Assembly (NCBI GenBank): GCA_964016885.1
Contig: OZ024763.1
Span: forward strand, 30,070,001-30,134,000
Direction of reading: 5' to 3'
Source of the DNA: Eledone cirrhosa
Lineage: Eukaryota
Length of the DNA stretch: 64,000 nucleotides
Below are positions 25,774 through 38,225 of this stretch, in pieces; the first letter of the stretch is position 1; each line of letters opens with the position of its first letter. The notes under the pieces were generated by a model. That model had not been told where the DNA came from and made no database searches. It worked only from the letters and a program-made list of their open reading frames with translations. The position numbers and the translations under genes were made by a program.

Positions 25774-26138
25774 TCTTTCCTGAGACATTCTAACCACATG
25801 TCCATAGTATCAGAGCTGTGATCTCTCAGTTGGGAGAAGTAGCAGCTCTGCCTGGAGTGACTCTCTGATCTCTGAGCTACACACTTTATCAAGTAACGTT
25901 ACTCCAAAGACCCTTTCGAGGAACCCCATTTTGGCTGCTTGTATTCGCTTTTAACTCTACTAACTCAGTACTAAGTCAGTACTAAGTTTAGTTAAATCTA
26001 CTAAATACCATAGTGCAGCACTGAAGCTCTAAAGTGCCATACTGTGGCACTCTAGTTCGGGAGTTCAATAGTGTGTTACTCTTGCTCCCTATTGCCATAT
26101 ACATGTATATATATATATATATAAACATACATGCTTAC

Positions 26139-26178
<40 letters not shown>

Positions 26179-26396
26179 CGTGTTGAAAATTCTATCAGTT
26201 GATAAAACAACAATATAGCATTGAAATATATATTCAACCTCAAAATTGATTTATTTTCTATTGCAGACTTCCAATGTTATGTTTAGAATTGTTCCTGACG
26301 ATGTCTTTCTAAAGATGTGTAACATGTAATAGCAATGAAACAAGTGTTGATCAAATAAATAATTTATAAACTGTTGAACTTGGTGACTTATTTCTT

Positions 26397-26434
<38 letters not shown>

Positions 26435-26537
26435 TTTATTTATATATATGTGTATAGATATATAAATAAATGTGTGTGTGTATATATACATATAAATATA
26501 TATGTTTGTGTGTATATATATATATATACATCCGTTT

Positions 26538-26820
26538 TGGTGACCCAGTGGTATGTATTAGAGGTGAATCCGTTCCTGGTCGTGAGTTCGATCTGAATCA
26601 GGATATAATCTCACTAAATCTTACTTTTCCCTTTTGTAAGAGAAAAAAATGTAAGACCCCCTTAATGTATGTCTTCATTGAAAACCAAACCAGGTCCTCC
26701 ACCGTCTCTAATAACCCCCACTAGGCCACCGTAACAATAACAGCTCCAGAACTAATTGAAATTTAATATATATGAAACTACTTTCTATTAGCAAGCTAAA
26801 TAGATGTGGTTACATTCATG
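26538..26820. other. Partial palindrome A with a convergent pair of tRNA-like units
   Basis: Plus unit ~26538-26603 (GACCCAGTGG...GAGTTCGATC) and minus unit ~26677-26733. Right flank is homologous to the other palindromes. Left arm is interrupted by TA tracts and insertions. Confidence 0.6.
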
Positions 26821-26863
26821 CTGGTTCCGTCTTATTAACATTACATAGAGCGGTGTCTTGGCA

Positions 26864-27052
26864 GGGGCGGTGTATTAGCAGAATCGGTAGAGGTTCGGAC
26901 GCTATGCTTTCCAGCATAGAGTTACGGCCCTTGCCATTCTGAGTTCAAATCCCGCCGAGGTTAACTTTGCCTTTCATCTTTACAGGGTCGATAAAATAAA
27001 GTACCAGTAATACACTGGGATAATTGTTGGCCTTGTGCCAAAATTAGAAACG
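26864..27052 (+). mobile_element. Full-length tRNA-derived SINE
   Basis: TAGCAGAATCGG A box, GAGTTCAAATCC B box, TTGCCTTTCATC..GGGTCGATAAAATAAAGTACCAG central domain and GGCCTTGTGCCAAAATTAGAAAC tail. Confidence 0.92.
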
Positions 27053-27279
27053 ATATAATATATAAATATTTATATATATATGTGTGTGTGTGTGTTTTAT
27101 TTGAACGTACAACATCGCTATATAAATCTGTTTTTATTTGTTAATAATTACATAAATGTAACTCTACAAACCCTGCTAAGGATTGAAACCCTGACTACAC
27201 ATTTACAGCAACAACAACGACATAATAATTTCTGGTTTAAAATAATCTTGTGTAATTCTTGGTAGAGATTGAACCTCGT

Positions 27280-27436
27280 CACTTTATCTCACTGTTTAGT
27301 CTTTCCAATTAACACCCTATATAAAAGGCAGTTTGTTCTGACTTCACACCTGATGTTCACAGTTGTCGAAGACTTACCACCACTCATGCTAAACACACTG
27401 CCAGTTAGATCTGTGCAGCGATGAAGGAAGGTCGTG
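27280..27436 (+). promoter_or_regulatory. Pol II promoter-like module P1 plus short first-exon-like segment
   Basis: TTATCT at 27284, TATATAAAA at 27318, donor-like GAAG|gtcgtg at 27430. The second GATA and the CArG box are deleted relative to P2-P4. Confidence 0.5.
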
Positions 27437-27746
27437 TTATTTCTACCTCTAATGAACAACATACATATGTTATCCATTAGAGAACAATACACAAGAGAAA
27501 GAATTAAATTGAGAATGTCAATCTTTGAAAAGGAAATTTTATTTCATTAACAAATTCAACGGCAATACATTGTACTGAAAGGAGAAATTAATTGTAAAGG
27601 AACCTTTATGGAGACGTAAGACCCCCTTAGTTTTAAGAACAAATGTACAGAAACACGAAATAAGAAATTAATTGAAATGGAACACACACAGATTTTAAGA
27701 CAAAATGATTGGGGGAAGTGTAAATATGCAGCTATCCTTGTTCATG

Positions 27747-27781
<35 letters not shown>

Positions 27782-27939
27782 GTGTATATTATATTCGTAC
27801 CTTTAAGGCAAAGGGCAGACGGTTTTTTTTTTTTTTTTTTTTACATCGTTTTTTTCGGGTAGAAAAGTACCTCTTATTCCCCACCCCACAAAAAATATAT
27901 TTCGAATATGTATGTTTTAATTGAAAGGTGGCTAACCAT

Positions 27940-28330
27940 GTTAAAGGCAAAAAGTAGCAAGTGAGACGATAGGAATAATAATTTACCTAGCTAAATGCAA
28001 ACAAATTTTAAATTATCGATGAATGATATGAGCGACACCACGTAGAGTATTCCGTAGGGACATGGACGCACGACAGAAAATATTGAAAGAATCCAGAGAA
28101 GAACAAAAAATGAAACAAAAGAATTAAGAAATCTGTCTCGAGAATAAAGATGTAAAAACTTAGTTACAACTTGGGAGGAGATAAAACAAAGGGGAGACAT
28201 GATAGAAATATTTAAGATGATGGAAGGACTTGAAATTACGGAAGAAATTGTAAATCTAAGAGGATACCATGCTCTAAAGACATCAGAAAAAATATATTTC
28301 TCAAAGAGATATTAGTGAATGGAATAGTTT
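27940..28330 (+). mobile_element. Decayed CR1/L2-type LINE RT C-terminal fragment (paralogues ~31580-32030, 35050-35460, 42680-42980, 60280-60570)
   Basis: Broken frames give VEYS..W, IERIQRRTKNETKELRNLS, TTWEE..QRGDMIEIFKMMEGLE, matching the ERxQRRATK..LxxLSYEERL..TLEERRxRGDxIExFK pattern. Confidence 0.85.
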
Positions 28331-29232
28331 AAATGGAGTAAATGATTATAAAAAGATATGACAGATGAAGAACGAATGAATAGATTGAAATATTTGTGAT
28401 GCTGAGTAAAAGTGAGCAGAAAGCATTGTAGTGAATTTGATCTTGCTATGGCAATAAGAAAAGAACTCAGTAAATCTCGCAACGCTTCAAAATGTATCGA
28501 CTAACTTAGAATGGTATCAACTGGCTTGGACATAAATACAGTTTAGTCGTCACTCCATGAATTTGTTAACGGTGAATATATTTTACATGAAAATATACAG
28601 AGATCCGTCTTCCATGATGTAGATTACGATAATGTCGGTGAAACTCATTAATTTACTTCAAATACTTTCATTATTGTATGTAGTTAAGTTCGTTAAAGAT
28701 TTCGTGTACTAAAAACTTTCGTACTGTTTGTAGTCGGCAAAATATAAACTTGAAAATTCGTTAATTATGCCTGTCTTCCAATCTCATGTTGATAAATCAG
28801 AATAATGTCATAGATTTTCGACATAATCGGAATGTCATTTCTAAAACTACGAATTACTTGAAAAATTACAAAACACAACACAAAAACAATGTTTACCTTC
28901 GAAAGTATATGTCTATAAAATATGTATTATTCGAAGTAAGTTTTAAGAAAACGAGTCGGATGTGAGAGGAGGGGCATTAAACTATATTTATGTCTAACTT
29001 CAGACATCAAATTGCGGCTGAGATTCTTTCTGCCATCGAGTGTTCCTTTGAACGTCAATTTTTAAATATTTGTCTCTCTTTAAAGATGGATTATCTTTTG
29101 AAAAACTAATGTTAGATTATTCGTGGTTGGTCTGTGTGGTTTGTTTTGAAATAGCATCTCTGTCTCATAGACAGGTCAAATTTGATCAAGTCGAACATGT
29201 CTTTAAAACGAAATATTGCGTAAAAGACACAC

Positions 29233-29417
29233 CTTATGTTTATCTCGGGTATTGCGGTAGATATCCTGATGTCTCCAGTTTGTAAAGTAATCCACAAAGC
29301 AAAAGACATCCAGTAAACCTTGGTAATCCAGTTTCGCCGTAGCCGCCATTTGCAATAGAATATAAGCAGAAACAAAAACAAAAGGCCACACTGGACAGTT
29401 AATGTATTGAAAATCAC
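29233..29417 (-). CDS. Paralogous exon E3 (within ORF 29112-29417)
   Basis: LLFLFLLIFYCKWRLRRNWITKVYWMSFALWITLQTGDIRISTAIPEINI. Differs from E4 by two 3-nt deletions. Donor-like AG|gtgtgt at 29233/29232. Confidence 0.55.
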
Positions 29418-30244
29418 AATAAAAATAAAACTACTGAATAAAAATGTCTTGCTGTCATTATTTAATTTGTTTCATTTATTTATTGCTAACACATACTTTC
29501 ACACACATAGATAAACTCTTTTTTTGTAACTGAGGCAAAAGTCAGAAATTTACGGGGAGAATTCGATCGATTAAATTGATTCCACTATGTGACTGGTACT
29601 ATACTTTATCTATCCAAAAATAAAAATGTTAAATTAATCGGCCAGATTTTCACCGAGATGAGAACACAAGGTGAAGTAATATCATTTAAAAATTGAGGTG
29701 TTATTATTTTATCATTTAGTTACAAAGTCGTGTGAGACTTGGTAGTTAAGTATTTAATGTAGTTTGTGGTGCTGTCAGGAGTTCAATATTTAGCTGCGGA
29801 TATAGAATTTCTTTTATTTTTAAGAAACGAAAAACATATACATATCGCTATTTAGTTGAAATTGTGTAAAATTACTGCAAAACATATCATTGTAGGTTCA
29901 GATCTTACACTGCTACATATATTATCTATATAGAAATCAGGTTTAACAATTTACGGGCGTATTGTACGAGGTGGGAATATTTCACACACACAAACCAGGT
30001 ATGATAGATTTAAAGTTAGTAAATATTATTGTAGACGGGGACATTGTAGGTTCAAATCAACCGTAGAGCGATAAGAAACAAAGTGAAGATTTAATTTATG
30101 AAAGACCCAGGAGGATGAAAGACAGAGTCGACCCTTTTTAGTATTTATAACATTGAGTAAGGCATGAACGCCACCACATCAATTTTGCTTGAAAATAGTA
30201 AAGTAGGTTTATAAATATTAATTTTCCATAACTTTTTGTAGCAA

Positions 30245-30315
30245 GTTTCGGTGGCCTGGTGGAGGGTATGAGAGACGGTGAAGATCCTGGTCTCGGGTTC
30301 AATCTTGGCCAGGAC
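30245..30315 (+). ncRNA. tRNA-like A/B-box unit, putative Pol III (plus copies ~26538, 33717, 36933, 40910, 41079, 41240)
   Basis: A box TGGCCTGGTGG 30252-30262 and B box GGTTCAATCT 30296-30305. TTTATAAATA lies ~35 bp upstream and a T-run downstream. Acceptor and anticodon stems do not pair, so it is not a tRNA. Confidence 0.4.
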
Positions 30316-30390
30316 TAGAGGGATCTTAATAAAAAAAATTCAAAAATTTTTTCTTTTATCTCTAGTAAAATGAAAAACGTTAGTGTTGCT

Positions 30391-30460
30391 CCTGGCCGAG
30401 ATTGAACCCTAAACCAGGATCTTCACCGGCTCTAACACATACCATTAGCCAACAGAGACT
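30391..30460 (-). ncRNA. tRNA-like A/B-box unit, convergent partner (minus copies ~26677, 33863, 37158, 41376)
   Basis: Reverse complement TTGGCTAATGG...GGGTTCAATCTCGGCCAGGA, with its own upstream TTTATAAATA and a downstream T-run. Confidence 0.4.
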
Positions 30461-30877
30461 GACACAAAAGTACTATGAAAATTTATATTTATAAAGCTAC
30501 TTTTCTATATGCAAGCAAACTTGATGTGGTGGCCTTCATGTCTTTTTCCATGTTATTCGCACTACCAACGACCGACCTTGTATTTTATTCCTCTGGAGCT
30601 TTCAGAAACCTACCTTGTATTTCCAAGCATAATAGATGTTGTGGCATTCATGTCTTTCTCAGCATTATCAATACTTCAAAAGGGTTGACATTGGATTTTT
30701 ATTCTTCTGGCAATTTCAGAAAATATATCTTCACTTACTTTCTCTAAGGTTCATTTCATCCTACAACCCGATAATCTGCAGTGGCCTTCTTCAACTGTCA
30801 TACCTCACTATTAAATTTATTGATGTCCTTCGTTAAAAATAACCTACTGTAATTCTTGATAGAGATTCAACCCTGTC

Positions 30878-31081
30878 ACTTTATCTCACTATTTATTCAG
30901 GGACCAAGATCGGAGAATGTTGATAAGGGCAGAAGATTGTATCCTTATTTGGTCCGACTTTCGAGTTAACCCGGTATAAAAATGGCACTATGTTGGGACT
31001 TAATACTAAACACGTGATGTTCACCGTTGTCAGCTAAACACACTGCCAGTTTGCTATCTGCAGCGGTGAAAGAAGGTCGTG
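30878..31081 (+). promoter_or_regulatory. Pol II promoter-like module P2
   Basis: TTATCT 30881, TGATAAG 30921, canonical CArG CCTTATTTGG 30943-30952, TATAAAAA 30975, CACGTG 31011, GAAG|gtcgtg 31075. Confidence 0.6.
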
Positions 31082-32653
31082 TTATTTCTACCTCTCACAT
31101 ACCACATACATTCTTTTATCGGTTAGATAACAATATAAAAGAGATATAATGAATATGAGAATGTCAGTCTTTTATAAGTATAGTTTATTATATTAGAGCA
31201 AAATCTTGAATTAACGATAGTTTGTGACACTAAACGTAAAATGGACGAAGCAACAATACGAACATTGTAAAGCAAATTAATTATTATAAGAAGGAGAAAT
31301 GATTGCATCTTCAAGGGCCACACAATCTATTGAAAATCGAAATGAGATATTGATTGAAATGGAACACTCACGGAGACCTCATACGGCATTTTTCGGAAGA
31401 GTTATAAATAGGGATATACTTATACATGGCGATTACAAACATATATAATTATCATATTCGTATCTTGGATGTATAAGACGCCAGCAGGTTTTAACAACGA
31501 ATTTTTATGTAAAAATGTGTCTCTTGTTTCACCCACCCCAACAAAATCGGAATATGTAACAATTTGAATTTAACGTTAACTAACCATCTCACATAAAAAA
31601 AACCCACAACACCAAGTCGGATTATAGGAATGATAAAATATTACTATACCTACCAACATACAGAAATATTGAAACTCTAAATAAATGATATGTGTGATAC
31701 TACTTAGAATATTATGTACAGGTATGGTCACCCGACTTCCGAAAGGAGAGAGAAGCTATTGAAGGAATCCAGAGAAGAAATAAGCATGAAATACCAGAAT
31801 AATTAACAAATCTGTCTTGACAAGAAAGGTGTAAAAATCTAGGAATTACAACTTTGGAGGAGATAAAACTAAGGGGAGACACGACAGAAATATTTATGAT
31901 AATGAAAGGACTTGAAAATCAGAAGAAAATGTAAGAAGAGGACACCATTATACTGTTTATAAGATACAATGCTCTAAAGACATCAGAAAATATATATTTC
32001 TCAAAGAGATATTAGTGAATAGAATAGTTTAAATGATGGTGTAGACGACACAACAGTAAATGATTATAAAAAGATATGGCAGATGAAGAACGAATGAATA
32101 GATTGAAATATGGGTGATGCTGAGTAAAAGTGAGCAGAAAGCATTGTAGTGAATTTGAACTTGCTATGCCTTCCAATCTCATATTGCAAACGTATAATAT
32201 CAATCAGGATAATGTCATAGATTTTCTACATGATCGGAATGACAATTCTAAAACTACGAATTACTAGAAAAGATGAAAATATAAACAAAACACATTATAA
32301 TGTATACCTTCGAAGGTATATCTCTATAAAATATGTATTATTGAAGGATTTGAGTAAAGGAATCGGATATGAGAGGAGGGGCATTAAACTATATTTATGT
32401 CGTGAAAAATGTCTAACTTCAGACATTAAATTGGGGCTGAGATTCTTTCTGCCATCGAGTGTTCCTTTGAACGTCAGTTTTTAAATATTTGTCTCTTTAA
32501 AGATGGATTATCTTTTGTAAAACTAATTTTAGATTATTCATGGCTGGTCTGTGTGGTTTGTTTTGAAACAGCATCTCTGTCTCGTAGACAGGTCAAATTT
32601 GATCAAGTGGAACATGAGTCTTTAAAACGAAATATTGCGTAAGAGACACACAC

Positions 32654-32817
32654 CTTATGTTTATCTCGGGTATTGCGGTAGATATCCTGATGTCTCCAGT
32701 TTGTAAAGTAATCCAAGAAGCAAAAGACAACATCCAGTAAACCTTGGTAATAATCCAGTTTCGCCGTAGTCGCCATTTGCAATAGAAAATAAGAAGAAAC
32801 AAAAACAAAAGGCACAC
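32654..32817 (-). CDS. Paralogous exon E4 (within ORF 32593-32817)
   Basis: LLFLFLLIFYCKWRLRRNWIITKVYWMLSFASWITLQTGDIRISTAIPEINI. YCKWRLRR differs from E5 at 7 nt, all synonymous. Confidence 0.6.
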
Positions 32818-33469
32818 TGGGCAGTTAATGTATTGAAAATCATAATAAAAATAAAACTACTGAATAAAAATGTCTTACTGTCATTATTTAATTTGTTTTA
32901 TTTATTTATTGGTAACACATACTTTAATATATATAATATATATGTATATATATATATATATATTTACACATACAGATACACCCTCTTTGTTTGTAACTGA
33001 GGCAAAAGGCAGAAATTTACGGGGAGAATTCGATCGATTAAATTGATCCCACTATGTGACTGGTACTATATTTTATCTATCCAAAAATAAAAATGTTAAA
33101 TTAATCAGGGTCAGATTTTCATCGAGATGAGAACACAAAAAGGTGAAGTAATATCAATTAAAAATTGAGGTGTTATTATTTTATCATTTCGTTACAAAGT
33201 CGTGCGAGACTTGGTAGTTAAGTATTTAATGTAGTTTGTGGTGCTGTCAGGAGTTCAATATTTAGCTGGGATATAGAATTTCTTTTATTTTTAAGAAACG
33301 AAAAACATATACATATCGCTATTTAGTTGAAATTGTGTAAAATTACTGCAAAACATATCATTGTAGGTTCAAATCTTACACTGCTACATATATTATCTAT
33401 ATAGAAATCAGGTTTAACAATTTACGGGCTTATTGTACGAGGTGGGACTATTTCATACACACACAAACC

Positions 33470-34277
33470 AGGTATGATAGATTTAAAGTTAGTAAATATT
33501 ATTGTAGACGGGGACATTGTAGGTTCAAATCAACCGTAGAGCGATAAGAAACAAAGTGAAGATTTAATTTATCAAAGACCCAGGAGGATGAAAGACAAAG
33601 TCGACCCTTTTTAGTATTTATAACATTGAGTAAGGCATGAACGCCACCACATCAATTTTGCTTGAAAATAGTAAAGTAGATTTATAAATATTAATTTTCC
33701 ATAACTTTTTGTAGCAAGTTTCGGTGGCCTGGTGGAGGGTATGAGAGACGGTGAAGATCCTGGTCTCGGGTTCAATCTTGGCCAGGACTAGAGGGGTCTT
33801 AATGAAAGAATTCAAATTTTTTTAATTTTATCTCTAGTAAAATGAAAAACGTTAGTGTTGCTCCTGGCCGAGATTGAACCCTAGACCAGGATCTTCACCG
33901 GCTCTAACACATACCATTAGCCAACAGAGACTGACACAAAAGTACTATGAAAATTTATATTTATAAAGCTACTTTTCTATATGCAAGCAAACTTGATGTG
34001 GTGGCCTTCATGTCTTTCTCCATGTTATTCGCACTACCAACGACCGACCTTGTATTTTATTCATCTGGAGCTTTCAGAAACCTACCTTGTATTTCCAAGC
34101 ATAATAGATGTTGTGGCATTCATGCCTTTCTCAGCATTATCAATACTTCAAAAGAGTCGACATTGGATTTTTATTCTTCTGGCAATTTCAGAAAATATAT
34201 CTTCACTTACTTTCTTTAAGGTTCATTTCATCCTACAACCCGATAATCTGCAGTGGCCTTTTTCAACTGTCATACCT
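33470..34277. repeat. Diverged palindrome C (tandem copy of B, period 3472 bp)
   Basis: Near-identical to 29997-30805. Matching ORF starts at 30475 and 33947 give the period. Confidence 0.9.
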
Positions 34278-34349
34278 TACTATTAAATTTATTGACGGCC
34301 TTCGTTAAAAATAACCTACTGTAATTCTTGATAAAGATTCAACCCTGTC

Positions 34350-34562
34350 ACTTTATCTCACTGCTTATTCAGGGACCAAGGTCCTCAATCTCGGAGAATA
34401 TTGATAAGGAGAGCAGATTGTATCCTTATTTGGTCCGTCTTTCCAGTTAACACGGTATATAAATGGTACTCTGTTGGGATTTAACACTAAACACGTGATG
34501 TTCACCGTTGTCAGCTAAACACACTGCCAGTTTGCTATCTGCAGCCGTGAAAGAAGGTCGTG
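34350..34562 (+). promoter_or_regulatory. Pol II promoter-like module P3
   Basis: TTATCT 34353, TGATAAG 34402, CCTTATTTGG 34424-34433, TATATAAA 34456, GAAG|gtcgtg 34556. Confidence 0.6.
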
Positions 34563-35809
34563 TTATTTTTACATCTCACGTACATTCTTTTATCGGTTAG
34601 ATAACAATATAGAAGATAAAGATTGAATATGAGAATATCAGTCTTTTAAAAGTATAATTTATTATATAAGAGCAAAATCTTGAATTAACGATAGTTTGTG
34701 AAGCTAAACTTAAAATGGACGAAGCAACAATTGTATGACAAATTGGTTATTGATAAGAAGAAATGATTGCATCTTCAACGGCAATACAATCTATTGAAAA
34801 TCGAACACTTACAGAGACCTCATACAGGATTTTTCGGAATACATTTTGAAGAAAATATGTTTTGAAGAGTTAAAAATAGGGATATACATATACATGGCTA
34901 GTATATACATGTATACTTTAATTATCATATTTGTATCTTGAACGTATAAGACGCCAGCAGGTTTTAACATCGAATATTGATGTAAAATTGTGTTTTTTTT
35001 GTTTCACCCACCCCCAACAAATGTGGAATATGTATCAATTTGAATTTAAAGGTAGCTAACCATCTCCCAAAGTCGGATTATAGGAATGATGAAATATTAC
35101 TTTACCTACCTAAATACAGGAATATTAAAACTCTAGATAAATGATATGGTCACCCGATTATATCAAACTATTGAAGGTCACCCGACTATATCAGAAACTA
35201 TTGAAGGAATCCAGAGAAGAAAAAAGCATGAAATACCAGAATTCTTGAGAAGAAAGATGTAAAAAGCTAGGAATTACGACTTTGGAGGAGATAAAGCTAA
35301 GGGGAGACACGACAGAAATATTTAAGATAATGAAAGGACTTTAAATTACAGAAGAAAATGTAAGAAGAGGACACCATTATACTGTTTATAAGAAACAATG
35401 CTCTAAAGACATCAGAAAATATATATTTCTCAAAGAGATATTAGTGAATGGAATAGTTTAAATGATGGTGTAGACGACACAACAGTAAATGATGATAAAA
35501 AGATATGACAGATGAAGAACGAATGAATAGATTAAAATATTTGTGATGCTGAGTAAAAGTGAGCAGAAAGCATTGTAGTGAATTTGAACTTGCTATGGCA
35601 ATAAGAAAAGAACTCAGTAAATCTCGGAACGCTTCAAAATATATCAACTAACTTAGAATTGTATCAACTGGCTTGGACATAACTATTAATCAAACGAGTG
35701 ACATGATAGAAATATTTAAAATAATGAAAGGACTTCAAAATACAGAATTGGGGAAGAAAATGTAAATATAAGAAGAGATGACCATTGTACTATGTATAAC
35801 ATAACAATG

Positions 35810-36030
35810 CTCCTTACATTTATCCCAGGTATATAGAGGGATATTCCGATGTCCACTGTTTGTAAAATAATTGTTTCTACTTTAGGCACAAGGCCAGCAA
35901 TTACCCAGTGCATTACTGGTACTTTTTGTAAAATAAAGCAATAAGGAAACAACATCATCCAGTAAACCTTAGTAATACTCCAATAACGTCTCAGCCGCCA
36001 TTTACAGTAGAAAATAGTAAGAAAATTAAG
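35810..36030 (-). CDS. Paralogous exon E5 carrying an in-frame SINE-tail insertion
   Basis: LTIFYCKWRLRRYWSITKVYWMMLFPYCFILQ[KVPVMHWVIAGLVPKVETIILQ]TVDIGISLYIPGINVR is open throughout. Confidence 0.55.
35871..35924 (-). mobile_element. 54-bp SINE 3' tail with 12-bp target-site duplication
   Basis: TTTGTAAAATAA at 35859-35870 and 35925-35936. The paralogue E1 has the empty site. Confidence 0.92.
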
Positions 36031-36685
36031 TCACACTCAGCAGTTAATGCAGTGAAAACAAACAATAAAAATATTATTACTAAATAATTATAATTTCTTA
36101 CTTTCAATAATTTTTTTTCTTTATTAAACACGTAATTTATTTTAAATTTGTCGTATTATATATATATATATATACTGTTTGTGTGTTTTTGTTTGGCAAA
36201 TGTCAAGTGATTGACGGGGTGAAGCCGATCGATTAAATTGAAACCATAAAATGACTGGTACTCTATTTTTCTTCTCTAAAGTTATAAAATTGTAAATTAA
36301 TATCGACAGGATTTTCACCTAGAACACAAAGGTGGTGTAATATCATTTAAAAAATTGGAAATTGAGTTATAAATATAAATGTGTGTTCAGGGCTTAGATG
36401 TTCAGTGTGTAATGGGGTTATTGGTATTAAGTAACATAAAATGTCGTTAGGAGTTCAATATTTAGCTGGGGATATAGAATTTCTTTAAATTATTTCTTGT
36501 ACCAGTAGCGAACTGGGATCGAAACCATTATTTTGTTCGGACGAAAGAAATATATAAGCTTAGCGCAATCTAGTTGGAGTTACGGGACATTACTGCAAAG
36601 CACATAACTGTAGGTTGCAATCTCACATTGGTAAATATATAAAAGTGACATTTAACAATTTATTTGTAAGTCGCACACAGGATTT

Positions 36686-37463
36686 AGGTATGGCAGATTT
36701 GAAATTAGTGAACATTATTGCAGACGAAGTAATTGTAGGTTCAAATCAATACTAGGGCGTTAAGAAATAAAATGAATATTTACTTCAGGAAAGACCCTGA
36801 ATTATGAAAGACAAAGTCGACCCTTTCTAATAACAGCAACACTAAGAAAGCCATGAACGCCACCACTTCAATTAATCTTCAAAAATCAAAAGTATGTTTA
36901 TAAATATTAATTTTTAATATTATTTTGAAGCTGTCTTTGTAGCCTAGTGGGAGGTATGAGAGACGGTGGAGATCCTGGTCTGGGTTTCGATCTTGGCCAG
37001 GATCTATATAAAATAAGGGGGTTTTACTATTTTTTTTCAGCTTTTTTCAATGCAAACGTAAAAAAATCTATGGTAAAATGAAAAAAAATTTTTATCTACT
37101 TTTTTACATTTTTAAAAAGCTGAAAAAAATTAGTAAAACCCCCTTATTTTATATAGATCCTGGCTAAGGTTGAACCCCAAACCTCGATCTTCACCGTCTC
37201 TAACACCTACCAATAGGCCAACGAGACGGATATAAAAAGATACTGAAAATTAATATATATAAACCTACTTTCTATTTTAGAAGCTTAATTGACGTGGTGG
37301 TGATCATGGCTTTCTCAGTCTTTTTAATACCACAAACAAGTCGCCATGGTTTTTACTTTTCTGGAGTTTTCAGAAAATATATCATGACTTTTATTCTTAT
37401 CACTAGGTTTATTTCATCCAACGACCAGCTGATATCCAGTGATGTCCTTCAGCTGTCACACCT
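36686..37463. repeat. Diverged palindrome D with a near-perfect inner stem
   Basis: Same arm family. Inner AGGATCTATATAAAATAAGGGGGTTTTACTA...CAGCTTTTT is mirrored at ~37113-37161. Confidence 0.9.
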
Positions 37464-38170
37464 TAGTGAGTAGATGGTGGCCTGGAAATATTGTTTCTAA
37501 ACAGGCAGCTCTTTAAACTTGTGTTGTGTGTGCAATAATGGTATCAGCAACCGATGATGGGATCAGATTCAAGAACTCAACGTCAAGTGTATCCTTCCAA
37601 ACGCGATACGGTAATATATGTTCTTTTTATCAGCTTCGTCTTTTATTTATAAACGTTTATGTAGGTACGTGTGTAGATACGTGTACGAATGTGTACCTGT
37701 GTAAGTTGTGTGTACATAACTATTTATAATAATGTTGTCCCCCCTCACTTTATTATTACAACTACTACTATTAATAATTGTAACACTATTATTATTATTA
37801 TTTTCTCACGTCTCTTATCCTCAACACTTGCTATAGTTTTCCTCTTACATGTGAGATACACGGTTTATTTACTAATCAACATTTACTCGAAGATGTAGAG
37901 ATGTGTGACGGGACATCGAGCGTAATCCTTAGTGTTAACTTGAGGACACCGTACACCTGTGCACCCGTATATATATATATGTTTATCCCGGGTTCAATCG
38001 GCGGTAACCACAGTAAGTAAGGTACTCATTACATAGCAGATTATAAATACTTAATAAATAATATTTAATATAGAAATGGCTTCTACAGGACTAGAACTGT
38101 TTCATTCGGAAAAAATCATCAGGAAAGCCCTTGGTATCTTCCGAATGAAACCGTTCTAGTCCTGCAGGAG

Positions 38171-38225
<55 letters not shown>

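Larger units (their letters stand above)
29997..30805. repeat. Diverged palindrome B (~320-bp arms)
   Basis: AGGTATGATAG...AAGGCATGAACGCCACCACATC...TTTATAAATAT...GGTTCAATCTTGGCCAGGA is mirrored by TCCTGGCCGAGATTGAACC...ATATTTATAAA...GATGTGGTGGCCTTCATG...CTGTCATACCT. Confidence 0.9.

Noticed and set aside
25795-25820. PBS-like TAGTATCAGAGC suggesting an LTR retrotransposon
   Set aside because: It has one mismatch to the tRNA-Met PBS, and there is no paired LTR or gag/pol sequence nearby.
29340-29352. YY1-like GCCGCCATTT as the reason for E-module conservation
   Set aside because: The motif is altered in E1 and E4 and cannot explain the synonymous pattern across the module.
30475-30836. ORFs running along the palindrome arms (also 33618, 33947, 41270, 41513)
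   Set aside because: Paralogues show stops and frameshifts, and no clear synonymous excess in the comparison I made.
32661-32843. Alternative minus frames of the E module (…FSIANG-DYGETG; MATTAKLDYY)
   Set aside because: They have stops in several paralogues, and substitutions fall mainly on codon positions 1 or 2 in those frames.
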